A stretch of DNA of 64,000 bases from Nitrosopumilus sp. (lineage in GTDB: Archaea > Thermoproteota > Nitrososphaeria > Nitrososphaerales > Nitrosopumilaceae), in contig CBDBGZ010000009.1 in NCBI GenBank assembly GCA_965205425.1, positions 416,001 through 480,000 of the forward strand, given 5' to 3'. Position numbers and translations under genes: made by a program. The notes below the pieces were generated by a model. It was not told the DNA's origin. It saw only the letters and a list, made by a program, of their open reading frames with translations, and made no database searches. Positions 1-10,054 of the stretch are shown in pieces. Position 1 is the stretch's first letter, and every line of letters starts with the position of its first letter.

Positions 1-114
1 GGAACTGGCTCTAGGAAACTAGGAGATATGCCTGAATCTAAAAAAACACCAGATACCAAAGGAATGACTAGAAGTACAGGTAGAGGAACTGGCTCTAGAA
101 AAAGTAGAGGATAG
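1..114 (+). CDS. C-terminal end of a basic low-complexity protein (partial)
   Basis: Frame 1 reads GTGSRKLGDMPESKKTPDTKGMTRSTGRGTGSRKSRG, stop TAG at 112-114; GTGSRK occurs twice; start lies outside the window. Confidence 0.6.
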   Translation, partial: GTGSRKLGDMPESKKTPDTKGMTRSTGRGTGSRKSRG

Positions 115-171
115 AAGAATTAATATAATTTTTCAATAAAGATTTTTCTTTAATCTTCTCAAAAAATTTTA

Positions 172-837
172 TTATATTTTGATATCAGGATTTCCTGATT
201 TTAGTTTGTCCCAATCAGCTAAAAAGTTTTCCAGACCAATTTTTGTCAAAGGATGTAACATCATTTTATCCAATACTCCAGGTGGTAACGTAACAACATC
301 GGCACCAATTTTAGCTGCATCAACTACATGTAATGGATTACGAACACTTGCAACAAGAATTTGAGTTCCAAAATCATAATTAGAAAAAATTTCTTTTATT
401 TCTTTAATTAATTGCATACCATCTTGACCAACATCATCTAATCTCCCAATAAATGGACTAACATATTTTGCACCAGATTTTGCTGCAAGTAAAGCTTGAT
501 TTGCAGAAAAGATCAATGTGACATTAACTGGAATACCGTCAGAAGAAAGTGACTTACATGCTTTGAGACCATCAGGAGTCATTGGAACTTTTACAACAAC
601 ATTTTCCCCATATTGACGAAGACGTTTACCTTCTTCCATCATTCCAGAATATTCAGTACTAACAACTTCTAAACTTACATCACCTTTGATAATTTTTGTA
701 ATTTCTTCCATTGCATCTTTAGGGTTACCTCCTTCTTTTGACATCAATGAAGGATTAGTTGTTATTCCATCTAACAATCCCATATCATTAAATTTTCTAA
801 TTGATTCAAGATTAGCAGTATCTAGAAAAATTTTCAT
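172..837 (-). CDS. tal: Transaldolase / fructose-6-phosphate aldolase (TalC/FSA family)
   Basis: MKIFLDTAN, GITTNPSL, VVVKVP and YVSPFIGRLDD motifs; in operon with transketolase subunits. Confidence 0.95.
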   Translation of the reverse strand: MKIFLDTANLESIRKFNDMGLLDGITTNPSLMSKEGGNPKDAMEEITKIIKGDVSLEVVSTEYSGMMEEGKRLRQYGENVVVKVPMTPDGLKACKSLSSDGIPVNVTLIFSANQALLAAKSGAKYVSPFIGRLDDVGQDGMQLIKEIKEIFSNYDFGTQILVASVRNPLHVVDAAKIGADVVTLPPGVLDKMMLHPLTKIGLENFLADWDKLKSGNPDIKI

Positions 838-1808
838 AACTTTTTACTCCTAATTTCTTTGACTTGTTTTGCCATATTAAAAGATGTTATTCCATGTTTT
901 TCCAAGAGTAATGGAACTTCATTATCACGAGCAGACTCTCCAAACATATCTTGGGCTCCAATCCTCTTTATTGGTACAGGATAAGATTCAGAAACAGATT
1001 CTGCTACTGCGGATCCCATCCCACCTACAATATTATGCTCTTCTGTAGTTACTATACATCCAGTTTCTCTAGCAGCTTTTTCCAAAATTTCATTGTCAAT
1101 AGGTTTAATCGAAAACATGTCTAATACCCTACAAGAAATTCCTTCTTGTTGTAAAGATTCAGCAGCTTCTAAAGCCATTCTAACAGTGATTCCACATGCA
1201 GCAATTGTGCAATCAGAACCATCTCGTAATGTAATTCCTTTTCCAATTTGAAATTCTTGAGACTCTGAATGAACAAGAGGTGTTTTGGATCTTGCCATTC
1301 TCATGTAAAATGGACCATATTCTCTTGCCATTAATTGAGTCAATTTTGAAACTGCAATAGTATCAGCAGGAATAAAAACTCGGAAATTTGGAATTACTCT
1401 CATAATTGCAATATCTTCTATAGTTTGGTGGGAACCACCATCAGGTCCTACAGATAACCCACCATGAGAAGTGACTAGTTTCACGTTAAGACCTTTTTTT
1501 CCAGGAGGTGAAGGATAAGCAATGTTATTTCGAATTTGATCAACAGCCCTACCAGGTAAAAATATGGCATAAGTACTAGCAAATGAAATTTTTCCAGATA
1601 CTGCCAATCCTGCCGAAACAGTTACAAGATTTGCTTCAGCAATTCCAACATTAAAAAATCTGTCAGGGAATTCTTTTCCAAACCCAGAAGTTTTAAGAGA
1701 ATCAGTTGTATCTGCACCTAAAACAACAACATTGTGATTATCTTTTCCAACTTGAATTAATGATTTAGAATATTCTGAACGCATGTCAGTCATTATAGGA
1801 TCATTCAA
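834..1808 (-). CDS. Transketolase C-terminal subunit
   Basis: FFNVGIAEAN, GPDGGSHQ and TEEHNIVGGMGSAV motifs. Confidence 0.95.
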   Translation of the reverse strand: MNDPIMTDMRSEYSKSLIQVGKDNHNVVVLGADTTDSLKTSGFGKEFPDRFFNVGIAEANLVTVSAGLAVSGKISFASTYAIFLPGRAVDQIRNNIAYPSPPGKKGLNVKLVTSHGGLSVGPDGGSHQTIEDIAIMRVIPNFRVFIPADTIAVSKLTQLMAREYGPFYMRMARSKTPLVHSESQEFQIGKGITLRDGSDCTIAACGITVRMALEAAESLQQEGISCRVLDMFSIKPIDNEILEKAARETGCIVTTEEHNIVGGMGSAVAESVSESYPVPIKRIGAQDMFGESARDNEVPLLLEKHGITSFNMAKQVKEIRSKKL

Positions 1809-3478
1809 AGATACCCTTCCTCCTGTGCAATTTTTTTAATTTGGTCTTGTTTTTCTCCAATAACATGCAAACCAATCCATTTGGTGACCAAGTCAGATCC
1901 ACCTAGTTCATTTGCTTTATCAAGTAAACCTCGTCTTCTAGATTTCAAAACTTCAGTTCTAAAATCCCTTATGGCAGCTCTAACATCTTGTTGTCCAATA
2001 ATTGCACCACCTCCAACAAAAGCACGTGCACCATCATCAAAGACAGAACCAATATTTTCAAGATTTACTCCCCCATCAGCCTCGATATATCCTGTAAAAT
2101 TATGTTCTTTTAGAGTAGAATTCAATCGAGACATTTTTGCATGTGTCTCTTCAATGTATTTTTGACCAGATTTTCCAGGCACTACAGACATTACAATTAG
2201 TTGATCAAGAGATTGCAAAAATTTGTAAGACCATTCAGGTAATTCAGTATCAGGATTTATTGAAAACCCAACACCAACTTGATTTTGTTTTAACAAATCA
2301 TGGATTTCACCAAAACTAGATTCATCTGTAACCTCAGCATGTACAGTGATTATATCACTACCTGCCTCGATGTAGTCTTTAACATATTTTACAGGTTCAT
2401 TAATCATCAAGTGAGTATCAAATGGAATTACAGTTAATGGTCTTAGTTCTTTAATTTTAGTATGATCAAAAGTTTTTGTCGGAACAAATTGCCCATCCAT
2501 CACATCAAGATGAATGTAATCCGCTCTACCAGTAACACATCGTTTAATTTCATTTTCTAAATTTGTCATATCGCCAGCAATAATTGAGGGGGAAATCATG
2601 AATTGTGAATTTAATTCAAGATTAATTATTGGAACAACATCATTGTCTGGTGCTTTTCCATGCCATTGTGGATTGTCTTCCATATGTTCTACAGATTTTC
2701 CTTTAATGGTTCTAGAAATAATCATCGTAGGAACTCCTTTAGTTGTATTTGCTTTTGCAATTGCTGCATCTATTTGTTCAACTCTATGTCCATCAATTTC
2801 AATTACATTCCAACCAAAAGATCTCCATTTATCACCTGTTTTCCAACGAGATGCATCCTTCCACATTTCAGATAGATCATCTCCTTCTAATTTTTCATCA
2901 AGAGGCATTATTTTTTCAGTGTATGAATCCTGTTGAATGAAATTTCTATCAAGAAATGCTGTCAGGTTATCAACTTTGTATTTTGATGCAGTCATTGCAG
3001 CCTCCCAAACTTGTCCTTCATCAGATTCTCCATCTCCAATAATGGTATAGACATGATGATCTTTAGAATCAATTTTTGCAGCTAGTGCAATTCCAACAGA
3101 ATAAGACAAGCCAGTTCCCAAAGAACCTCCACAAAATTCCACACCAGGACATTTTAGATCAGGATGTCCTTGTAATTTACTGCCAAATTTTCGCAATGTT
3201 TCGATTTCAGATTCTGGAAAATAACCTGCAACTGCCATGTTTGAAAATAATCCGGGGGCGGCATGGCCTTTAGACAGAATTAATCTATCTCGATCTTCCC
3301 ATTGCGGATTTTTAGGATCAAATTTTAGATATTTGTTGAATAAACACCCCAATATTTCAGCCATAGAAAATGAACCTCCAGGGTGACCAGAACCTGCAGT
3401 ATTGGTTCCTTTAATTACTAATTTACGAGCTCGAAGAATATTTTTCTTAATTTGATAATAGTTAAGCCCCATCTGCAT
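1805..3478 (-). CDS. Transketolase N-terminal subunit fused to ribulose-5-phosphate 3-epimerase
   Basis: GHPGGSFS, SKGHAAP and GDGESDEGQVWEA (TK-N), followed by ISPSII, IHLDVMDGQFVP, DTHLMI and EADGGVN (Rpe). Confidence 0.93.
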   Translation of the reverse strand: MQMGLNYYQIKKNILRARKLVIKGTNTAGSGHPGGSFSMAEILGCLFNKYLKFDPKNPQWEDRDRLILSKGHAAPGLFSNMAVAGYFPESEIETLRKFGSKLQGHPDLKCPGVEFCGGSLGTGLSYSVGIALAAKIDSKDHHVYTIIGDGESDEGQVWEAAMTASKYKVDNLTAFLDRNFIQQDSYTEKIMPLDEKLEGDDLSEMWKDASRWKTGDKWRSFGWNVIEIDGHRVEQIDAAIAKANTTKGVPTMIISRTIKGKSVEHMEDNPQWHGKAPDNDVVPIINLELNSQFMISPSIIAGDMTNLENEIKRCVTGRADYIHLDVMDGQFVPTKTFDHTKIKELRPLTVIPFDTHLMINEPVKYVKDYIEAGSDIITVHAEVTDESSFGEIHDLLKQNQVGVGFSINPDTELPEWSYKFLQSLDQLIVMSVVPGKSGQKYIEETHAKMSRLNSTLKEHNFTGYIEADGGVNLENIGSVFDDGARAFVGGGAIIGQQDVRAAIRDFRTEVLKSRRRGLLDKANELGGSDLVTKWIGLHVIGEKQDQIKKIAQEEGYL

Positions 3479-3579
3479 CGTTATCCTTGTAAATTGAATA
3501 AAAATCTACTTCTAAAGAAACTCTCTATTTTTAAAACTCTAAAGGCGTGTGGATCTTAAAAATATAATTCAAACAATTA

Positions 3580-4140
3580 CTAGATTAAAGATGATTCAAC
3601 TTTATCTAACATAAATTTCAAAAATTCAGATAGTGGTTTTTTTCTCCAATGCTTTGCATTCCATTCCTTTACAAGTTCACCATAGAATTTCCACTCAGAT
3701 TCATCTTTTTTAAGATGAGTTACCATCATTTTCTCAAATTCTACAAGATCCCAATCTACGGGACACATTATGTTGTTCATCTGAGTTAATTTACCATTTT
3801 TCATTGTAAATGGATATGATTTACACACTCCTGGCTTGATATCATTGACAGTACATCTAAAGACATCTTTAGTTTCTTCTAGAAATTCACACGCATCATT
3901 TTTTTGTTTCAAAGCGAGATCTATCAAACCTTCTTTTACTTTGATTCCAAGAGAATAGTCCTTTGTTCCATAAATCTCCAAAAAAGTCTCAGGTGCTATT
4001 TTCAATCCCTCTGAAAGTCGATAAACATCATGGGCATTGACAAAAATCACATATTCCTTACAACAGTCTGTATGACATGAAACACATGGGAATTCTCCAG
4101 TCTTAGTCTGACTAGAATCTGGATTAGTAATTAATGTCAT
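3580..4140 (-). CDS. YkgJ-family cysteine cluster protein
   Basis: CxxCxxxCC, CxFL and C...KPxxCxxYPF pattern. Confidence 0.85.
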   Translation of the reverse strand: MTLITNPDSSQTKTGEFPCVSCHTDCCKEYVIFVNAHDVYRLSEGLKIAPETFLEIYGTKDYSLGIKVKEGLIDLALKQKNDACEFLEETKDVFRCTVNDIKPGVCKSYPFTMKNGKLTQMNNIMCPVDWDLVEFEKMMVTHLKKDESEWKFYGELVKEWNAKHWRKKPLSEFLKFMLDKVESSLI

Positions 4141-4208
4141 AATTAATCAAAATGAATTTCAAGTATTAAGTTTGTAAGATTTTAATTTGATCGTTATGTT
4201 GTAATATT

Positions 4209-4586
4209 ATGGAAATTAAAGAAAATATTCCAATTGTGTTATTTGATAATCAATGTTATTTGTGTATGAAATTTGCAAAAATGATTAATTTTTTTGCTAG
4301 AGACAAAATTACAATGGTAGGACATTATTCAGAATTTGGAAAAAAAATCAGAGAGAGTATTTTAGATGAATCGGCATTGGATATGTTTTGGTTTATTAAT
4401 CAAAAAAGAGCTTATGGGGGAAGAGCAGCTTTATTTCCATTATTAAAATCAATTTTATCTGAAAAAACAAAAAAATCATCAATGTCTAAAATTAATGATT
4501 ATTGTGAGCAAGATTGTAAAACAGTTAAAGCAGTATTTGTAAGATCATCAAGTCTGATTACCAATAGTAAGATAATAGATCTATAG
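4209..4586 (+). CDS. DCC1-like (DUF393) thiol-disulfide oxidoreductase family protein
   Basis: N-terminal VLFDNQCYLC (DxxCxxC) motif. Confidence 0.75.
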   Translation: MEIKENIPIVLFDNQCYLCMKFAKMINFFARDKITMVGHYSEFGKKIRESILDESALDMFWFINQKRAYGGRAALFPLLKSILSEKTKKSSMSKINDYCEQDCKTVKAVFVRSSSLITNSKIIDL

Positions 4587-4623
4587 TAAATCTAAATAAT
4601 ACTTCAAAAAAGAGAATTTCATA

Positions 4624-6096
4624 GTGAAGATAAAAACTGAAAGCTCTGGAAAAAAGAAAACAAATCTTCTATGTGGATTTGTACTAGAAAATTCTAACAA
4701 AGTTCTAGGATTACCAAAATTTGATACCAAAACCACCTCAACAATTAATCAATCACTAAAAGACATGGAAGGGAAATTAGGAAAACTAAGCATAATTCCT
4801 ATGTCGGGGGAAAAACCTGTACAAAGAATCTTGCTTGCAGGTATTGGAAAGAAAGAGAATATTACAAAAGATACGATTAGATTTGTTTCAGGAAAAATTG
4901 CTCTAAAAGCAAGAGAGTTGAAACTGTCTGAATTTTCAATAATATCACCTTCAAGTTTTATCACTGAACCAATTTCTGCAGTATCTCAAATAATTGAAGG
5001 TACTAAAATGGCTCTTTACAAATTTGATAAATTCAAGGCAGAAAAAACAGAAACTTCCCCAAATCTAACCATCATTGTTTCAAAATCAAAAAAAATTTCT
5101 AAAGCCATCAAAATAGCTGAAACTGTTGCAGATGGTGCAATATTTACCAAAAGTATTGCTAATTTGCCTCCAAACGAATGTACTCCTACAACATTAGCAA
5201 ACTTTGCAAAAAATATGTCTAAGAAAAATAAAATGAAGTGTAATATCATTTCAGAACCAGAATTAAAGAAAAAAGGGTTTGGTGGAATTTCAGCAGTAGG
5301 TCAAGGAAGTAGTAATCGACCAAAATTAATTATTTTAGAACATAATCGAGGACAAAAAAATGAAAAACCAATAGTCTTAGTAGGAAAAGCAGTAACATTT
5401 GATACAGGGGGTATTTCCTTGAAACCTGGAGCTGCAATGGATGAAATGAAATTTGACAAATGTGGAGGATGTACAGTTCTAGGCATAATGAAATCTATTT
5501 CAGAATTAAAACTCCCAATCAATGTAGTAGGTATTGTTCCTTCAGTCGAAAATATGCCAGGTGGAGAATCATACAGACCAGGAGACATCATAAAATTATA
5601 CAGTGGAAAAACTGCAGAAATTCTAAATACAGATGCAGAAGGCAGATTGATTTTAGCTGATGCGTTATCGTATGGAGAAAAACACTATTCGCCCAAGGCA
5701 ATTATTGATTTTGCAACTCTTACAGGTGCATGTATTGTAGCACTAGGTACCAATGTAGCAGCAATTGTATCAAATGATGAGAAACTAACAAAGAAAATCA
5801 ACGACTCTTCAAAAAGAACAACTGAAGAAGTGTGGGAGTTACCATTGAATCAAGACTATATGGATATGATAAAATCAGATGTTGCAGATATGAAAAATGT
5901 TGGAATAGGTAGAGCAGCTGGTACAATCACAGCAGCAGCATTTTTGAAAAATGCAATTGAGAAAACCCCATGGACACATATTGACATTGCAGGAGTTGCA
6001 TGGACACAAGGAGCTACAAAAGAAAAATCATACAATCCAAAAGGAGCAACAGGTTTTGGGATAAGATTGATTGTAGATTATTTACAAAATTTGTAA
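4624..6096 (+). CDS. pepA: Leucyl aminopeptidase (M17)
   Basis: GKAVTFDTGG, MKFDKCG and NTDAEGRLILAD motifs. Confidence 0.95.
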   Translation: MKIKTESSGKKKTNLLCGFVLENSNKVLGLPKFDTKTTSTINQSLKDMEGKLGKLSIIPMSGEKPVQRILLAGIGKKENITKDTIRFVSGKIALKARELKLSEFSIISPSSFITEPISAVSQIIEGTKMALYKFDKFKAEKTETSPNLTIIVSKSKKISKAIKIAETVADGAIFTKSIANLPPNECTPTTLANFAKNMSKKNKMKCNIISEPELKKKGFGGISAVGQGSSNRPKLIILEHNRGQKNEKPIVLVGKAVTFDTGGISLKPGAAMDEMKFDKCGGCTVLGIMKSISELKLPINVVGIVPSVENMPGGESYRPGDIIKLYSGKTAEILNTDAEGRLILADALSYGEKHYSPKAIIDFATLTGACIVALGTNVAAIVSNDEKLTKKINDSSKRTTEEVWELPLNQDYMDMIKSDVADMKNVGIGRAAGTITAAAFLKNAIEKTPWTHIDIAGVAWTQGATKEKSYNPKGATGFGIRLIVDYLQNL

Positions 6097-6097
6097 A

Positions 6098-6235
6098 TTA
6101 ATATCCCCGACTATTTCTATCAGGTGTACCAACATTCGGATTTCTCCAACCATGTTTTTCCATCATATGATTTAGTAATCTAATATCATTATCACATATT
6201 TCTCCACAAACACTACAATTTGGCATTGAATTCAT
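6098..6235 (-). CDS. 45-aa C2H2 zinc-finger microprotein (below ORF-track cutoff)
   Basis: Manual translation MNSMPNCSVCGEICDNDIRLLNHMMEKHGWRNPNVGTPDRNSRGY*, pattern CxxC-x12-H-x4-H. Confidence 0.65.
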   Translation of the reverse strand: MNSMPNCSVCGEICDNDIRLLNHMMEKHGWRNPNVGTPDRNSRGY

Positions 6236-6282
6236 ATCAATCCAATTAATTGAATATTAAAAGATTGATTGTAAAATAGAAA

Positions 6283-6399
6283 ATGCCAGCACCGTTGCTT
6301 CCCAAGAGCTCTCGCATCTTAGTAACACAACAGCGACGTCAGGTTTGACTTCCAAGTTCGGAACGGGATTGGGTCGCACCCTAACGCTATGGCCGGCTT
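6283..6399 (-). rRNA. rrf: 5S rRNA
   Basis: Reverse complement GCCGGCCATAGCG...CCCAATCCCGTTCCGAACTTGGAAGTCAA...GGGAAGCAACGGTGCTGGC has 5S conserved motifs and a terminal helix; ends approximate. Confidence 0.93.
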
Positions 6400-6493
6400 G
6401 AAAATTGATGTCAAATTCTCATCTATTAACGTAACGCCAGATTTGAAACATGCTCAAAATAGGTATAAAGCAAAGAAAATACCGGTTTACAAC

Positions 6494-8281
6494 ATGACTC
6501 ATAGAGTAGCCGTTTTAGATCAAGATCTATGTCAGCCACAAAAATGTGGTTTAGAATGCATAAAATATTGCCCAGTCAATAAATCAGGAGCAGAATGTGT
6601 CACAATCAATGAGACTTCAAAAAAGGCACAGATTGATGAGGATATTTGTAATGGTTGTGGAATCTGTGTCAAAGTATGTCCATTTGATGCAATAACAATT
6701 GTCAATCTGGCAAGTGAGTTAGCTACTGATAAAATTCACCAGTATGGAATGAATTCATTTAGACTTTACAAATTACCTACCCCTAAGAAAGGTGAAGTTG
6801 TAGGATTATTGGGAAGAAATGGAATGGGCAAAAGTACAGTTATCAATATTCTATCAGGGAATCTTAAACCAAATTTAGGAAGATATGAAAATCCCCCAGA
6901 ATGGGATGAAATTTTAAAACATTACAGTGGAACAGAGTTAAAACAACATTTTGAAAAGATTGAGCAAAAACAAATTCGTGCATCAATTAAACCACAACAA
7001 GTACATCATATTGCTCAAGCATTTGAAGGAACAGGGAAAGAACTTCTTGACAAATATGATGAACGTGGGGTATCAAGAGAACTAATCAAAGAATTAGGAT
7101 TAGAAAACTCAATGGAGCAGAGTTTAAAGGAATTAAGTGGTGGGGAATTACAAAGAATCGCAGTTGCTGTTGCTGCATCAAAAGATACAGAATTTTATTT
7201 TTTCGATGAACCGTCATCATACAATGATGTTTTTCAGAGAACAGGTGTTGCACGAGTTATACAAAATTTAGCAAAGATAGGAAAAAGTGTAATGGTAGTA
7301 GAACACGATTTAACATTATTAGATTTTCTAAGTGATTATATCGAAGTATTGTATGGTGAACCTACAGCATATGGAATTGTTTCAAATATTTTATCCACTA
7401 AAGTTGGAATTAATGTTTTCCTAGATGGATATTTACCAACTGAAAATGTAAGATTTAGAGACAAGAAATTTTCAATGGATGTATCATCATCAACTACAGA
7501 TATTTTTCAAGAAGGAAGTGAAGTTGTTTCGTATCCTAAATTAGTAAAAAAATATCCTACATTTTCAGTTGAAGTTGAGCCTGGATTTGTAAGAAAAGGT
7601 GAAGTTGTAGGCATAATGGGTGCTAATGCACTAGGTAAAACTACAATGATGAAAATGATTGCAGGTGTTGAAAAACCAGATTCAGGTAGTGTAGATAAAA
7701 AAATTAAGATTGCATACAAACCACAATATCTTCAAAATGATCTGGATGTAGAAGTAATATCAATTTTAGATAAAGCAAATGAAGATCCAGTAGAAGGAAG
7801 TATGGAAGAAGAACAAATTCTTGATCCATTGAAAATTAAAAAACTCTACAACAAATCTATCAAAAATCTTTCTGGGGGAGAACTGCAAAAAGTAGCAGTT
7901 GCATCATGTCTATTACAAAAAGTTGATTTGTATGCATTGGATGAACCTTCAGCATTTTTAGATGTAGAAGATAGGATTGCAGTTGCAAAATTCTTGCAAA
8001 AATTTGTTCGCTCTTTTGGAAAATCAGCAATCATTATTGATCACGATTTACAATTAATGGATTTAGTTTCAGATTCAATGATAATATTTGAAGGTGAATC
8101 AGGTTCTGCAGGTAAAGCAACATCACCATTGCCAAAAGCTGATGCAATGAACAGATTTCTAAAATCACTAGACATGTCATTTAGAAGAGATGAAAAAAGT
8201 CTAAGACCGCGTGTAAATAAATTAGAAAGTAGATTGGACAAGGATCAAAAAATAACTGGAAATTTCTATTACAAGCATTGA
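6494..8281 (+). CDS. rli1: Ribosome recycling ATPase ABCE1/RLI1
   Basis: N-terminal Fe-S Cys clusters, two Walker A motifs (GRNGMGKS, GANALGKT) and LSGGELQ twice; start moved to ATG 6494 because the longer ORF overlaps 5S rRNA. Confidence 0.95.
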   Translation: MTHRVAVLDQDLCQPQKCGLECIKYCPVNKSGAECVTINETSKKAQIDEDICNGCGICVKVCPFDAITIVNLASELATDKIHQYGMNSFRLYKLPTPKKGEVVGLLGRNGMGKSTVINILSGNLKPNLGRYENPPEWDEILKHYSGTELKQHFEKIEQKQIRASIKPQQVHHIAQAFEGTGKELLDKYDERGVSRELIKELGLENSMEQSLKELSGGELQRIAVAVAASKDTEFYFFDEPSSYNDVFQRTGVARVIQNLAKIGKSVMVVEHDLTLLDFLSDYIEVLYGEPTAYGIVSNILSTKVGINVFLDGYLPTENVRFRDKKFSMDVSSSTTDIFQEGSEVVSYPKLVKKYPTFSVEVEPGFVRKGEVVGIMGANALGKTTMMKMIAGVEKPDSGSVDKKIKIAYKPQYLQNDLDVEVISILDKANEDPVEGSMEEEQILDPLKIKKLYNKSIKNLSGGELQKVAVASCLLQKVDLYALDEPSAFLDVEDRIAVAKFLQKFVRSFGKSAIIIDHDLQLMDLVSDSMIIFEGESGSAGKATSPLPKADAMNRFLKSLDMSFRRDEKSLRPRVNKLESRLDKDQKITGNFYYKH

Positions 8282-9114
8282 CTCGAATGTTAAAAAAAGC
8301 ACTAGAAAATGTGCTTACAGAAAAAGAAAGTGTTGAATTAATTTCTGCATTTGATCAGATAGGAGAAATTATTATTGTGAGAATTCCTGACTCTTTACTC
8401 TCAAAAAAGAAAATCATTGGAAAAGCATTGTTAGATGAAGTAAAAATTGTTAAAAGTGTATTTTATCAGGCATCAGCAGTAGAAGGTAATTTTCGTACAA
8501 GAGATCTGGAAATTCTTGCAGGAGAAGACAATACGGAAACAGAATACAAAGAATTTGGGTGTAGATTTAGAGTAGATGTCAAAAATGCATTCTTTTCACC
8601 TAGACTATCTACAGAAAGGGAAAGAATTGCGAATTTGGTTCAGGAAGGAGAAGTGATGACTAACATGTTTGCAGGAGTTGGAATGTTTTCCATAATGGCT
8701 GCCAAGAAAAAGAAATGTACAGTGTATAGTCTTGACATTAATCCTGTAGCTTCAAAATTATGTGAAACAAATATCAGTTTAAACAAACTTGCATGTAATG
8801 TAATTTCAATAAATGGGGATGCTACTGAAATAATCAACAATCAATTAGAAGATAAATCAGATAGAACACTAATGTTGTTACCGGAAAGATCTGATGAATT
8901 TTTAGATTCTGCAATTAAAACAACCAAAAATGGTGGCATAATCCATTACTATTCACATATTCATGCAGATAAAAAAACTGATGCTGGAAAACTTTCAGAG
9001 GAACACTATCTCAAAATCTCACCTGTAAAATCAGAAATTTTAGATTCAAAAATTGTTCGGGCAGTAGGTCCAAGATATTACCAAACAGTTGTAGATGTAA
9101 AAATTTCTAAATAA
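8278..9114 (+). CDS. Trm5/Tyw2-family SAM-dependent tRNA methyltransferase
   Basis: FDQIGEII, FFSPRLSTER, MFAGVG and DINP motifs. Confidence 0.85.
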   Translation: MTRMLKKALENVLTEKESVELISAFDQIGEIIIVRIPDSLLSKKKIIGKALLDEVKIVKSVFYQASAVEGNFRTRDLEILAGEDNTETEYKEFGCRFRVDVKNAFFSPRLSTERERIANLVQEGEVMTNMFAGVGMFSIMAAKKKKCTVYSLDINPVASKLCETNISLNKLACNVISINGDATEIINNQLEDKSDRTLMLLPERSDEFLDSAIKTTKNGGIIHYYSHIHADKKTDAGKLSEEHYLKISPVKSEILDSKIVRAVGPRYYQTVVDVKISK

Positions 9115-9115
9115 A

Positions 9116-9334
9116 TTAATCTTCAGACGTTATTGAAGCAGGTGAAGGTTTTGTTGTTGCCATAACATATCCAATCCATGCAATAACTCCTAAAATTCCC
9201 CCTGCAATCATCAAGACTGATAATTGTAATACAATTGGACTCCATTCAGATAACATTAACAAATATGCATAAAGGAAAAAACCACCAATGCAGAGTACAA
9301 AAATTGTGATGCCCATTCCTTTTCGCTTGTCCAT
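9116..9334 (-). CDS. Small two-TM membrane protein
   Basis: Two hydrophobic segments ending WIGYVMATTKP; fills the gap between conserved genes. Confidence 0.7.
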   Translation of the reverse strand: MDKRKGMGITIFVLCIGGFFLYAYLLMLSEWSPIVLQLSVLMIAGGILGVIAWIGYVMATTKPSPASITSED

Positions 9335-9371
9335 GGCGAAGAATTTTTTGTGAGTTATTTATTGGTTTGAA

Positions 9372-9869
9372 CTATTGTAATTCAATTGCCATAAGATATG
9401 CATCTTCGCCATCTCGATAATAGGCGTTTAGTTGTTGTCTTATTACAAATCCTTGTTTTTCATATAATCGAACAGCCTCAGTATTACTACATCTTACTTC
9501 CAAATAGAACTCATCGCACTTTCTTAATTTTACACCATTAACTGATTCTTCAACAAGTGCATTTCCAATGCCTTTTTTTCTATGTTCATCAACTACTGCA
9601 ATAGAAACAACATGACCTTTTTTGACAAAACCTAATTTTTTAAAATTTGAAAAACCAAATTCAGTTTTACACATAATATATCCGACATGTTTTCCTCCAA
9701 TTTCTGCAATAATGAATGCCTCTGGAAGTTCAGCAAGTAAACTCTCATAGAAATAGTCAGAATAATGTTCAGGTAGAGTTTTCAAATTAATTTCCATGAC
9801 AGATATTAGATCGCTTGGTTCGGCTCTTCGAATATTACAATCTCCCAATTGTCTCAGAATAACTTGCAT
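9372..9869 (-). CDS. rimI: GNAT N-acetyltransferase (RimI/Ard1-like)
   Basis: GHVVSIAV, RKKGIG, LEVRCSN and YYRDGEDA motifs; likely start MQVILRQ. Confidence 0.9.
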   Translation of the reverse strand: MQVILRQLGDCNIRRAEPSDLISVMEINLKTLPEHYSDYFYESLLAELPEAFIIAEIGGKHVGYIMCKTEFGFSNFKKLGFVKKGHVVSIAVVDEHRKKGIGNALVEESVNGVKLRKCDEFYLEVRCSNTEAVRLYEKQGFVIRQQLNAYYRDGEDAYLMAIELQ

Positions 9870-9973
9870 GATGGTGTATAGTATCATCAATATTTAATTT
9901 TAAACCAAATACCATTTAATGATGTGTTTTCCACATTTTAATTTATTAAAAAATATTATTTCATGCCTAATCA

Positions 9974-10054
9974 CTATCTTCTCTTCAAATAACTTGACAA
10001 TATTTCATCTGCCATCTCAGTAACTTCTACATCTTTCTTCATAGCCAAACTATG
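9974..10054 (-). pseudogene. 3' remnant of a small gene cut by the adjacent IS
   Basis: Open frame HSLAMKKDVEVTEMADEILSSYLKRR* runs up to the IS terminus at 10055. Confidence 0.35.

Noticed and set aside
6389..6493. N-terminal extension of ABCE1 in the ORF track
   Set aside because: It overlaps the 5S rRNA and its promoter region; the conserved protein starts at MTHRVAV (6494)
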